Assembly (NCBI GenBank): GCA_041163725.1
Contig: JBEAQW010000166.1
Location: 1 to 41,623 of the forward strand
From: Planctomycetota bacterium
GTDB taxonomy: Bacteria; Planctomycetota; Phycisphaerae; Phycisphaerales; SM1A02
Length of the DNA stretch: 41,623 nt
Reading direction: 5' to 3'
In this document: in pieces, positions 1-8,583 of the stretch
Numbering within the stretch: position 1 is the stretch's first letter
Layout: each line of letters starts with the position of its first letter
Position numbers and translations under genes: made by a program
Notes under the pieces: generated by a model
Seen by the model: the letters and a program-made list of their open reading frames with translations, nothing else
Databases searched by the model: none
Told to the model about the DNA's origin: nothing

Positions 1-2
1 CG

Positions 3-1715
3 CCGATTCTGCCGACCAACCTGCCGAAACTGCCCGAACCGGGAGCACCGCTCCAGGCGGGCTCCGCACGGCGGGAGCGAACGGCGCCCTCGAACTTCCG
101 TGACGAGTGGCAGGGAGCGCGTGCAGCCGGCCGCGAGGCTGATCGCCCCAGCCGCACCGACGCGCGGCGCGGCCCCGATCGCCGGGACCGCGACCAGGAC
201 CGCGACCATCGCGAGGACGATCTGCTCGACCGCTCCGACGAGGCTGCGTTCGGGCCGCGCTCCGATGCGTCGGTCGCGGAGCCGCGCGACAGTGGCTCCG
301 ATCGATGTGACACGGCCGCCGATCGCGACGCCGCTTCAGACGCGGGCTCCGATGCAGATCGCGGTGCGAACGCAGGCAGCCGGGCGGAAGCCGATGCGGA
401 TGACCGCGCTCGCGGCGCTGCGGAGGCGGCATCGGACGCGGCGGTTCTTCCCGAAGCACCCCTCGTGGCCTCCGAAGCCGGAACGGCCGCCACCGATGAC
501 ACGGCTCGCTCGGCGTTCGTCGTCGCTGCGGGCGGCATGACCGGATCAACGGGTCGTGCCGCCGAGCCCGATGCGCTCGCCGCCCGTTCTGGTCTTGAGC
601 AGCCGGCCGTCCCCGCAAATCCCGCATCGGTGCCGGTCGCGGCCGCGCAGTCGGTCGAGGGCGCCGATGCCGCTCGTGCGCAGCAGCAGGTATCGGAGAC
701 CCGCTCCGCCGCCGAGACGCCCGCCGACGGATCGCGCGTCGCGTCAGGCGACGATGCGTTCGCCGACGCCCGCTCGGGCGCAGCCCACGCAGCAGGCGAA
801 CCGGTGTCGAAGTCCGCCTCGAAGTCCGCCTCGAAGGGCGCGACGGCGCCGACATCGAACGATCCACTCGCGCGCCTCGTCGAGGATGCGCGGCTCGTCA
901 TGCAGCGCACGGCCGCCACGACCGGTGGAACCGCCGTCGCGGCCCGGCTTGGCGAGGTCGAGGGCGCGATCGCGCGCGACAACATCTCGGCGTCCGCCGC
1001 ACGCGGCGAAGTCCGGCTCGAACCCGGCGCGGCGGAAGCCGCGACCGCGCAGCCTGCGAACGGCGTTGCGGGAGAGCTGGTCCAGCAGGGCGCACCGCGT
1101 GGTGCGGGCACGACCACCGCATCGCTCACGACCGGACAGTCGCTCCCCGGCATGGCGACCGCCGATACCGCGGCGCTCGAGGGTGAGCCGCATCCCTCCG
1201 CACAACTTGCCGCCCGCGGTGCGGCGCTTCTTGCCAACCAGCGCGGCGGCGCGATCACGATGCGCCTCGAGCCATCCGCGCTCGGGCAGCTGCGGATCGA
1301 CCTGCGCGTGACGCAGGGCGCGGTCCTTGCCGACTTCACCGCCGCGAGCCACGAGGCACGCCTCTTGCTCGAGGCGAACCTCGGCATGCTTCGTGAACGA
1401 CTCGAATCCCAGGGCCTCGCCGTCGAGCGCATCACGGTGCACGCCGGCCGCGGAACGGAAGCCGCGGCCCAGTCGTCGCCGCAGAACGGTCACGATGCGA
1501 GGCAGGAGGGCGCCGACGCGAGAAGCGATCGCGGCGAGCGCAGTGGCACGCGGCAGGATGCCGCGGGTGGTGAGAGCCGCGGGCGTCGCGATGGCGAGCC
1601 CCGTGGCGACCGCGGGCACACGGATGTGCAGCGGCAGGGTGCGACGCGCGGATTCGCGGACACCCTTTCCGGCGAGACGGCGCAGAGGACGGAGCCGATG
1701 CGCCGCGCCGGCTGA
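3..1715 (+). CDS. fliK: Flagellar hook-length control protein FliK (5' end probably cut by the window edge)
   Basis: C-terminal Flg_hook-type segment (ITMRLEPSALGQLRIDLRVTQGAVLADFTAASHEARLLLEANLGMLRERLESQGL) and a position directly upstream of flgD-flgE. The track ORF starts at GTG 465. The same frame stays open back to nt 3 with D/E/A/S-rich content and mostly G/C-ending codons, so the CDS may continue upstream. Confidence 0.75.
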   Translation, partial: PILPTNLPKLPEPGAPLQAGSARRERTAPSNFRDEWQGARAAGREADRPSRTDARRGPDRRDRDQDRDHREDDLLDRSDEAAFGPRSDASVAEPRDSGSDRCDTAADRDAASDAGSDADRGANAGSRAEADADDRARGAAEAASDAAVLPEAPLVASEAGTAATDDTARSAFVVAAGGMTGSTGRAAEPDALAARSGLEQPAVPANPASVPVAAAQSVEGADAARAQQQVSETRSAAETPADGSRVASGDDAFADARSGAAHAAGEPVSKSASKSASKGATAPTSNDPLARLVEDARLVMQRTAATTGGTAVAARLGEVEGAIARDNISASAARGEVRLEPGAAEAATAQPANGVAGELVQQGAPRGAGTTTASLTTGQSLPGMATADTAALEGEPHPSAQLAARGAALLANQRGGAITMRLEPSALGQLRIDLRVTQGAVLADFTAASHEARLLLEANLGMLRERLESQGLAVERITVHAGRGTEAAAQSSPQNGHDARQEGADARSDRGERSGTRQDAAGGESRGRRDGEPRGDRGHTDVQRQGATRGFADTLSGETAQRTEPMRRAG

Positions 1716-1735
1716 ACAGGTGAAGGAGCGAAACC

Positions 1736-2308
1736 ATGAGCGCCATCAACGCACTCGCCGGATCCGGATCGACCGCAGCCTCGGGAAGCCGCTTCAACGA
1801 GCTCTCGAGCGAGGAGTTCATCCGCATCATCTTCACCGAGCTGCAGAACCAGGATCCGTTCAAGCCGAACGACTCGGGCGCACTGCTCGAGCAGCTCAAC
1901 TCGATCCGCTCCATCGAGAGCGATATCCAGATGCAGAACCGGCTCGAGAGCATCGTGTTCCAGAACCAGCTCTCGAGCGCCGGTGCGCTGATCGGCAAGC
2001 GCGTCGCCGGACTCACCTCGACCGCGGACCGCGTCGGCGGCACGGTGCAGAGCGTCGCGCGCTCGGGTGACGAGATCGCGCTGGTCCTCGACAACGGCTG
2101 GATCATCCCGATGGAGAACATCGAGTACATCGATGCACAGCCGACCGACCCGCAGGGCAATGGCGCTGGAAACGCAGGTGGTTCCGCGAGCGGCGGCGGC
2201 AACGCGGCCGACGGCGCGGGCGGATCCGGTGGCGCGGGCGGAGGCACCGACGGTGGCTCCGACGGCGGGACCGACGGCTCCGGCGACGGCTCCGGTGGCA
2301 ATCCCTGA
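1736..2308 (+). CDS. flgD: Flagellar hook capping/assembly protein FlgD
   Basis: N-terminal FlgD motif EEFIRIIFTELQNQDPFKPNDSGALLEQLNSIRSIE. RBS gaaggag lies upstream of the ATG. The C-terminal tail is Gly/Asp-rich and low in complexity. Confidence 0.9.
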   Translation: MSAINALAGSGSTAASGSRFNELSSEEFIRIIFTELQNQDPFKPNDSGALLEQLNSIRSIESDIQMQNRLESIVFQNQLSSAGALIGKRVAGLTSTADRVGGTVQSVARSGDEIALVLDNGWIIPMENIEYIDAQPTDPQGNGAGNAGGSASGGGNAADGAGGSGGAGGGTDGGSDGGTDGSGDGSGGNP

Positions 2309-2357
2309 GAGCGCGTGAACGACGGCTGATTCGAACGAACTTCCGACGAGCCGACCA

Positions 2358-2852
2358 GTGACGATCGACCCCCGACAACTCCTCCGACGACTCGAGCCCG
2401 CGGTCCGACCCGCCGGCGTGGCATCGTCGTCGGCGAAGCGTGCCTCGGTGGCGGACGGGGCCTTCACCGAACTCCTCGATCTCGCCCGCGAGGGCGGCAT
2501 CGAGAGCGCGCGGCTTCCCGAACTCGCGGACGGCGCGTCGCTCGAATCCGCGACGCTCGCGCAGGTCGCGCGCGCCCTCGATCTCGCCGAGGCACGCGGC
2601 TCGCGCCGCGCCGTCGTCGTCGCCGAGGGCCGCTCGTTCATCGCCGATGTCCCGTCGCGCAGGCTCGAGAAGCTCGAGACCCGCGACGACTTTGTCTTCG
2701 AGGAAGTCGACGCCGCGATCGCGATCCGCGGCGAGTCGGCCACATTCTCGGCGCGCGCGCTCGGACCGCGCGCACTTCCTCCCCGCGAGATCGCCGAGCA
2801 GTTGGAATCCATCAGCATCGACGCGGCGCGCGCGCAGCGCGCCAGCGCCTAA
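2358..2852 (+). CDS. Small flagellar-operon protein of unknown function, located between flgD and flgE
   Basis: 164-codon GTG-initiated ORF with strong G/C third-position bias that fills the flgD-flgE gap. Its position and size resemble the 'flagellar operon protein' family found between flgD and flgE in some lineages (recalled as TIGR02530, not verified). Confidence 0.55.
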   Translation: MTIDPRQLLRRLEPAVRPAGVASSSAKRASVADGAFTELLDLAREGGIESARLPELADGASLESATLAQVARALDLAEARGSRRAVVVAEGRSFIADVPSRRLEKLETRDDFVFEEVDAAIAIRGESATFSARALGPRALPPREIAEQLESISIDAARAQRASA

Positions 2853-2870
2853 CGACCGAGGAGCACAGTC

Positions 2871-4631
2871 ATGGCAAGCACAACCGCACTCTTCACCGGC
2901 CTTTCGGGACTCATCTCGAACTCGCGCCGCCTCGATGTCATCGGTAACAACATCTCGAACGTGAACACGACGGCGTTCAAGTCGAACCGCATGCAGTTCA
3001 CGCCGACCTTCAGCCGCAACTTCTCGCTCGGCACCGCGCCCGGCACCACGACCGGCGGCACGAACCCCGGCCAGGTCGGCCTCGGCGTCACCGTCGCCGG
3101 CACCCAGCGCAACTTCAACAACGGCGCGATCGGCGCGACCGGCGTCGCCACCGATGTCGCGATCGAGGGCGATGGCTTCTTCATCGTCGATGTCGCGGGC
3201 ACGCGGCACTTCACCCGGGCGGGCAACTTCGTGCGCAACCCCGCGAACGAGCTGGTCTCGCAGTCGGGCGCGCGCGTCATGGGCTTCGGCGTCGACGAGC
3301 AGTTCAATGTGATCGAGGGCGACCTCGTGCCGCTCTCGATCCCCGTCGGAACCCTCACGCTCGCGGAGGCGAGCCGCAACGTCATCTTCAACGGAAACCT
3401 CAACGCCTCGGGCAGCGTCGGGACCACCGGCTCGGTGCACACCGGCCGCGCGTGGTTCACCGATGCCGCGATGACGGTTCCCGTCGACGCGAACACCGAC
3501 CTGACCACGACCGACATCTACATGTCGGACGGCGCGGGCGGATCGGTCCTCGCGTTCGATTCCTCGACGAATCCCAAGACCATCACCATCGCGGGCGTCG
3601 AGAAGGGCGGCAAGGACCTCGGCACCAAGACCTTCGCATTCAACGCGACCGCGGTCGCGGGAAGCGACGACTTCGGCACGACCCTCGGCGACTTCACCGA
3701 CTTCCTCGAGGATGTGCTCGGCCTCGACGACTCGAGCGTGGGCAACTCCTCGAATCTCGGCGGCAATGTCACGATCAACGCGGGCGGCCAGCTCGTGATC
3801 ACCGGCAACGAGGGCACCGTGCAGGACCTCGGTCTCGAGACGGCGGACTTCGTCGTCACCACGCCCGGCGCCGGCAGCGGCCAGCCGCTCGTCCTCCAGA
3901 AGTCCGGCTCCGCGAACGGCGAGAGCGTGCGCACGAGCTTCGTGGTCTACGACTCGCTCGGCACGCCGCTCACGATCGACCTGACCTTCACGCTGCAGGA
4001 GACGAGCGCCTCGGGCGGCACGACCTGGCAGTTCGTCGCCGAATCGAACGACAACGACGCGGTGTCGCGCCTCATCGGTCTCGGCGAGGTCACCTTCGAC
4101 GCGACCGGCCGCTTCACCAACGCGACGAACCAGAGCTTCTCGATCGTGCGCACGAACGGCGCCGTGAGCCCGCTCACCGTGAACATGGACTTCAACTCGG
4201 GTACCGATGCGGTGTCGAGCCTCACCGACAGCGCGTCGAACCTCGCCGCGGTGTTCCAGGACGGCTCGCCGATCGGCACGCTCTCGAACTTCTCGATCGG
4301 CGAGGACGGACGCATCTCGGGCTCGTTCACGAACGGCCTGACGCGGACGATCGGCCTCGTCGCCCTCGCGAAGTTCTCGAATCCCGAAGGCCTCGTCGAT
4401 GCGGGCGACAATCTCTTCCGCACGGGTCCGAACTCGGGCACGCCGCTCGTCGCGAAGCCCCTCGACTTCGGCACCGGCCGGCTCGTGGGCGGCGCGCTCG
4501 AACTCTCGAACGTCGACCTCTCGCAGGAGTTCATCAACATGATCCTCGCGAGCACGGGCTACTCCGCCGCAAGCCGCGTGATCACGACGACCGACGAGCT
4601 CATCAACCAGCTGCTCGTGCTCGGACGGTAA
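2871..4631 (+). CDS. flgE: Flagellar hook protein FlgE
   Basis: Conserved N-terminus (LFTGLSGLISNSRRLDVIGNNISNVNTTAFKSNR) and C-terminus (LELSNVDLSQEFINMILASTGYSAASRVITTTDELINQLL). RBS gaggag precedes the ATG. Confidence 0.95.
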   Translation: MASTTALFTGLSGLISNSRRLDVIGNNISNVNTTAFKSNRMQFTPTFSRNFSLGTAPGTTTGGTNPGQVGLGVTVAGTQRNFNNGAIGATGVATDVAIEGDGFFIVDVAGTRHFTRAGNFVRNPANELVSQSGARVMGFGVDEQFNVIEGDLVPLSIPVGTLTLAEASRNVIFNGNLNASGSVGTTGSVHTGRAWFTDAAMTVPVDANTDLTTTDIYMSDGAGGSVLAFDSSTNPKTITIAGVEKGGKDLGTKTFAFNATAVAGSDDFGTTLGDFTDFLEDVLGLDDSSVGNSSNLGGNVTINAGGQLVITGNEGTVQDLGLETADFVVTTPGAGSGQPLVLQKSGSANGESVRTSFVVYDSLGTPLTIDLTFTLQETSASGGTTWQFVAESNDNDAVSRLIGLGEVTFDATGRFTNATNQSFSIVRTNGAVSPLTVNMDFNSGTDAVSSLTDSASNLAAVFQDGSPIGTLSNFSIGEDGRISGSFTNGLTRTIGLVALAKFSNPEGLVDAGDNLFRTGPNSGTPLVAKPLDFGTGRLVGGALELSNVDLSQEFINMILASTGYSAASRVITTTDELINQLLVLGR

Positions 4632-4684
4632 GGCGCGTCGCGCCGGCCTCCGGTCGGGAACAACCAGTCAACCACGCCCGCGAT

Positions 4685-4720
4685 GCGCGCCCCACCCCGG
4701 AGGCGCGCGTTGCGATTTTG
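4685..4720 (+). terminator. Candidate intrinsic terminator after flgE
   Basis: Stem gcgcgcc (4685-4691) / ggcgcgc (4702-4708) with a 10-nt loop, followed by gttgcgatttt. It lies in the convergent gap between flgE and the PIN/TRAM gene. Confidence 0.4.
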
Positions 4721-4752
4721 CGGGCGCCGGCCTGTTGCATCGTGCTTCGCGG

Positions 4753-5988
4753 TCAGCCGCGACGCGGGTTGCGGCCGCTCGGCCGGTGCTCGTCGTCGCG
4801 CGGCGGCTCGCCGTCGCGGTGCTTCGGCTGCGAGGTCGCGCGCGCGACCATGCTCGCGGTGCTGCCCGAGGACGGCGCCTCGAGCCTCGCGAACACCATG
4901 CGTCCCGCGTTCGTCGTGAGCGTGTTCGTCACGATCGCGGCGACCTCCTGGCCCACGCGGTCGGCCGCGCCCTCGACGACGACCATCGTCCCGTCCGGCA
5001 GGTAGCCCACGCCCTGCGTCGGCGCCTCGCCCGTGCGCGTGAGCTCGACCTCGACCCGGTCTCCCGCGATCGTCTGCGCGCGCATCGAGCCGGCGACGCG
5101 GTTCATGTTGATCGAGGGAACGCCTGCGATCTCGGCGAGCTTCGCGAGCGCGGCGTCGGTCGTGACGAGCCTGTAGCCGCGGATCTTCGCGACCTCGATC
5201 AGCGCGCGGTCGACCTCGAGATGCTCGACGGGTGCGTCCTCGATCGCCGTGCTGAAGCGGGGGCTCGCCTGGAGCTTCGCGACCATGTCGAGGCCGCGCC
5301 GCCCGCGCGCGCGGCGTCCCTTGTCCGAACTGTCGCTCAGCTTCTGCAGCTCGTTGAGCGTCACCTGGAGCACGACGAAGGGCGCATCGAGCACGCCCGA
5401 GTCGGCGACATCGACGATGCGGCCGTCGATCAGCACGCTCGTGTCGAGGAGCATCGGGCTCACCCCGCGGTTCTGCTTCGCGAACTCGACATAGGGGATC
5501 ACGAGGCGGAAGTCGTCCTTGGTCGTCATGACGACCGACACCGCGACATAGCAGAGGATGAGTCCGATCGCGATCTTCGTCAGGTCGAGGTAGAGCGCGG
5601 CGGTCGTTCCGCGGAGGCTCCACGCATCGATGATCGTGTTGAGGACCGAGCCGACGAAGTAGGTTCCGACGAGACCGAGGCAGATCCCGAAGTAGATGCC
5701 GAAGATCGACGCGAGGCGCTTGTTCGGGGTGACGGCGTCGATCGCGACGACCACGAGTCCGAGGGCGCCGGTCGCGAGCGTCAGTCCGATGATGGTGGGG
5801 AGACCGACCGGTTCGTTGTCGATGGCGTCGCTTCGGCTTGCGATCACGATCGCCGGGGTCGCAAGGACGAGCGACATGAAGAGGAGCCGCGCGAACAGCA
5901 GGATCACGCGGGTCCCCTGCGGCGCGCGCCGTCGGGGTGCACCGCCACCGTTCGAGCCGTCGTCGAGCTGCGGGGAGTCGCCTTGCAT
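4753..5988 (-). CDS. PIN/TRAM domain membrane protein (YacL-like)
   Basis: N-terminal transmembrane helices are followed by a PIN-like segment (LLDTSVLIDGRI...LNELQKLSD...LVTTDAALAKLAEIAGV). The C-terminus is TRAM-like (GDRVEVELTRTGEAPTQGVGYLPDGTMVVVEGA...). Confidence 0.8.
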   Translation of the reverse strand: MQGDSPQLDDGSNGGGAPRRRAPQGTRVILLFARLLFMSLVLATPAIVIASRSDAIDNEPVGLPTIIGLTLATGALGLVVVAIDAVTPNKRLASIFGIYFGICLGLVGTYFVGSVLNTIIDAWSLRGTTAALYLDLTKIAIGLILCYVAVSVVMTTKDDFRLVIPYVEFAKQNRGVSPMLLDTSVLIDGRIVDVADSGVLDAPFVVLQVTLNELQKLSDSSDKGRRARGRRGLDMVAKLQASPRFSTAIEDAPVEHLEVDRALIEVAKIRGYRLVTTDAALAKLAEIAGVPSINMNRVAGSMRAQTIAGDRVEVELTRTGEAPTQGVGYLPDGTMVVVEGAADRVGQEVAAIVTNTLTTNAGRMVFARLEAPSSGSTASMVARATSQPKHRDGEPPRDDEHRPSGRNPRRG

Positions 5989-6037
5989 GGCCCGATTCTA
6001 AGGTGACGGCGGCGGCGGGGGCCGCTACCATGCCCGA

Positions 6038-6168
6038 CTCGGAGCCGCAGAAGACGGCCGGGCCCGGCGGGCGGGTCGGCCGTGAACCTGGTCAGGGCTT
6101 GACCGCAGCAGCCATAAGCGTTTCGGTCCGAGCCGACGGTCGCCTGGCCGTCTTCCGCGGCTCCGAGC
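6038..6168 (+). ncRNA. ffs: Signal recognition particle RNA, small (4.5S-like) type
   Basis: A long imperfect hairpin: 6038-6059 ctcggagccgcagaagacggcc pairs with 6147-6168 ggccgtcttccgcggctccgag (one A-C mismatch). The apex carries domain-IV-like motifs, CCTGGTCAGG...GCAGCAGCC (compare E. coli CCAGGTCAGGTCCGGAAGGAAGCAGCC). It sits just upstream of dnaX-ybaB-recR, the known scr/ffs synteny of Bacillus. It is not protein-coding, and the track ORF 5937.. reads through it. Confidence 0.65.
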
Positions 6169-6287
6169 CCCCGCGAGGGGGTTGGCCCCATCATGCTGGA
6201 TTCGCGTGCGTCGTCTTGCGCACGCGACCGACGGTCAGGGCCGAGCAGGCACCGAGGTCCGGACAGCACCGGCGACTGGCGACGACG

Positions 6288-8165
6288 ATGGCGAAGAAAG
6301 GCGCAGGCACATCCTCCGATGCGGGTTCCGACGCGCCGGCGAAGCCGTACACCGTGCTCGCCCGTCGCTACCGCTCGCGCGATTTCGGCGAGGTCGTCGG
6401 CCAGGAGCCCATCGCACGCACGCTGCAGAACGCGATCGCCACGGGGCGCACCGCCCACGCGTACCTCTTCTGCGGGACGCGCGGCGTCGGCAAGACCTCC
6501 ATGGCGCGCATCTTCGCCCGCGCGCTGAACCAGGACGGAGCGCTCGCGGAGAGCGCCGCGATCGGCGACGCGATCCTGCGCGGGGAGGATCTCGATGTCA
6601 TCGAGATCGACGGCGCGTCGAACCGCGGCATCGACGACGCGCGCGACCTGATCGCGGGAGCGGGACTCGCGCCCTCGCGCGGCAAGTACCGCATCTACAT
6701 CATCGACGAAGTCCACATGCTGACGACGCCGGCGTTCAACGCCCTCCTCAAGACGATGGAGGAGCCGCCGTCGCATGTGAAGTTCATCCTCTGCACCACG
6801 GAGCCGCACAAGGTCCCGCAGACGATCCAGTCCCGCTGCCAGCGCTTCGACTTCCGCAACATCCCGACCAAGCAGATCGCCGCTCACCTCGGCGCCGTCG
6901 CGAAGGGCGAGGGGATCGAGGTCACCGAGGATGTGCTGCTCGCGGTCGCGAGGCTCGCGAACGGGTCGATGCGCGACGGCCTGTCGCTCCTCGACCGCCT
7001 GCTCGCCGCGGCCACGGGCGCCGTCGACTCCGCGGTGCTCGAGCAGGTGTTCGGGCTGCCGGATGACGAGATCCTGCTCGACATCGTCGACGCGTGCATC
7101 TGCGAGCGGGTCGCCGACGCGCTCGCGCACGGCGCGCGGCTGCTCGAGCGGGGGAGCGGCGTCGAGCAGGCGCTCGAACTTCTCGCGGAGCGCTTCCGCT
7201 GGATCCTCGTCGCGAGCGCCGCGGGCGTCGAGAGCGATCTCCTCGAGGTCGCCGCCTCGATGCGCGATCGCGTCGCGCGCATCGCCGCGCAGACCGACTC
7301 CGCGTACTGCGCGCATGCGATCGCCCTCTGCGACGCCACCGCGCGGAACGCGCGCGGATCGAGCGCGCCCCGTGCGCTCTACGACGCATGCGTCGCGCGC
7401 CTCGCCCTCGCCTCGCGCTTCGCGAGCGGGGCGGCGCTTCTCGCAGGTGGCGGAACCGACTCAAAAAAAGCAGGTAACCCCGCCGCGCCGCGCGCGACGG
7501 GGCTCCACGCGGTCGAGCCGAAGGCCGTCATCGCCGCACTTCCAGCACCCGCCTTGGCACCTCGGTCCGCGACGCAGGCTCCGCCGTCGCGCCCGCCGGC
7601 CCCGGTCGCGACTCCATCCACCGCCCGCTCGCCCGACACATCGCCAACCGTCGCGCAGCCCGCGCGAACCCTCGGTGAACTCATCGACCGGCTCGCGCAG
7701 GTCGCCGAGCGGAGCCCGCGCGATCGCGCGATGTTCGAGCAGATCGAGGTGATCGCCTTCGACGGCGAGTCGGCGACCGCCGCGCTCGTCGACGACGGGT
7801 CCGGCCGCTATCTCGCGACGAATCCCGATCCGATCCGCACGCTGCTCTCCCGCGCGGCCGGCCGGCCCGTCCGGCTCACGCTCGATACGAGCCGGCTTGC
7901 CGCGGCGCGCCCCGAGTCGAGGCCAACGACCGTCGACGATCCCGCGGTGCGGAACGATCCGCTCGTCCGCAAGGCCGCGGAACTTCTCGATGCGAGCGTG
8001 ATCGCGGTCACTCCGCGACTCGCCGATGCAGGTGCGGACGCCGGCGATGAACCCGATGGCGACGCGGATTCGGGAACGACGGATGCAGGCCAGGTCGATG
8101 TGCCCGTGCAGGGCGCTTCGGGCGACGCGATGTCGTCCGGAGGATTCGACGAAATCGACGAGTGA
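6288..8165 (+). CDS. dnaX: DNA polymerase III subunit gamma/tau
   Basis: AAA+ clamp-loader motifs are present: Walker A GTRGVGKTS, Walker B/DEAD-like IYIIDEVHML, and SRC motif TIQSRCQRF. The start is set at ATG 6288 (MAKKGAG...) because the longer track ORF from 5937 overlaps the SRP RNA. Confidence 0.95.
   Translation: MAKKGAGTSSDAGSDAPAKPYTVLARRYRSRDFGEVVGQEPIARTLQNAIATGRTAHAYLFCGTRGVGKTSMARIFARALNQDGALAESAAIGDAILRGEDLDVIEIDGASNRGIDDARDLIAGAGLAPSRGKYRIYIIDEVHMLTTPAFNALLKTMEEPPSHVKFILCTTEPHKVPQTIQSRCQRFDFRNIPTKQIAAHLGAVAKGEGIEVTEDVLLAVARLANGSMRDGLSLLDRLLAAATGAVDSAVLEQVFGLPDDEILLDIVDACICERVADALAHGARLLERGSGVEQALELLAERFRWILVASAAGVESDLLEVAASMRDRVARIAAQTDSAYCAHAIALCDATARNARGSSAPRALYDACVARLALASRFASGAALLAGGGTDSKKAGNPAAPRATGLHAVEPKAVIAALPAPALAPRSATQAPPSRPPAPVATPSTARSPDTSPTVAQPARTLGELIDRLAQVAERSPRDRAMFEQIEVIAFDGESATAALVDDGSGRYLATNPDPIRTLLSRAAGRPVRLTLDTSRLAAARPESRPTTVDDPAVRNDPLVRKAAELLDASVIAVTPRLADAGADAGDEPDGDADSGTTDAGQVDVPVQGASGDAMSSGGFDEIDE
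7463..7477 (+). other. Putative -1 recoding signal in dnaX (A AAA AAA heptamer plus -1 frame TAA)
   Basis: In the dnaX frame the codons are tca aaa aaa gca. The A7 run spans 7463-7469, and the -1 frame then reads agc agg taa (7469-7477). Confidence 0.45.
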
Positions 8166-8206
8166 ACGACCTCGGGGCGACCGCCTCGGGAAAGCAGAGG
8201 AATCGC

Positions 8207-8578
8207 GTGTTCGACAAGCTCAAGCAGGCATCGCAGCTCGCAGGCATGCTCAAGGATCTCCCGAAGCTCCAGGCCACGATGGAGGAGGTCCGCGCGCGGC
8301 TCGCGACCACGAAGGTCGAGGGAAGTGCCGGGGGCGGCGCCGTGCGCGCGGTCGCCTTCTGCGACATCCGCATCGACTCCGTGACGCTCGACCCCGCCGT
8401 CTTCCGCGGCATCGCGAACGGTTCCGAGTCCGACCAGGCCTACGCCAACCGCATGATCGCCGAGGCCGTGAACGACGCATTGCTGCGCGCGCGCGCCCGC
8501 ATGGCCGAGGAGATCGGCCGCGCCGCCAAGGACTCCGGGATCGACCTTCCCCCGCACCTCCTCGAGAAACTCGCCTAA
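8207..8578 (+). CDS. ybaB: Nucleoid-associated protein YbaB/EbfC
   Basis: By eye it aligns with E. coli YbaB from (V)FDKLKQASQLAGMLKDLPKLQATMEEVRARLATTKVEGSAGGGAVRAV. GTG 8207 is preceded by gagga. The alternative GTG 8162 overlaps the dnaX stop. Confidence 0.85.
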   Translation: MFDKLKQASQLAGMLKDLPKLQATMEEVRARLATTKVEGSAGGGAVRAVAFCDIRIDSVTLDPAVFRGIANGSESDQAYANRMIAEAVNDALLRARARMAEEIGRAAKDSGIDLPPHLLEKLA

Positions 8579-8583
8579 CCCGC

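Noticed and set aside
1490-6031. Minus-strand ORFs 1490..2818, 2103..3440, 2849..3517 and 4559..6031, and the plus-strand ORFs 3452..5005 and 4735..6006
   Set aside because: They overlap fliK/flgD/flgE or the PIN/TRAM gene in other frames or on the other strand. The real genes have conserved flagellar or PIN/TRAM motifs, while these are arginine-rich low-complexity translations.
6225-6275. Second SRP-like motif (GGTCAGGGCCGAGCAGGCACCGAGGTCCGGACAGCACC) just upstream of dnaX
   Set aside because: It lacks the AGCAGC strand in register and has no long closing helix. The hairpin at 6038-6168 is the better SRP RNA candidate.
5937-6287. N-terminal 117-codon extension of the dnaX track ORF
   Set aside because: The extension is Arg/Gly/Pro-rich and reads straight across the SRP-RNA hairpin. 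A clean ATG at 6288 (MAKKGAG) gives a normal DnaX N-terminus about 30 residues before the Walker A region.
7553-7570. Sigma-54-like TGGCAC-N5-TCCGC element
   Set aside because: It lies inside the dnaX coding region, the -12 element does not match TTGC, and no gene is positioned to use it. I found no convincing TGGCAC-N5-TTGCW site in the intergenic regions.
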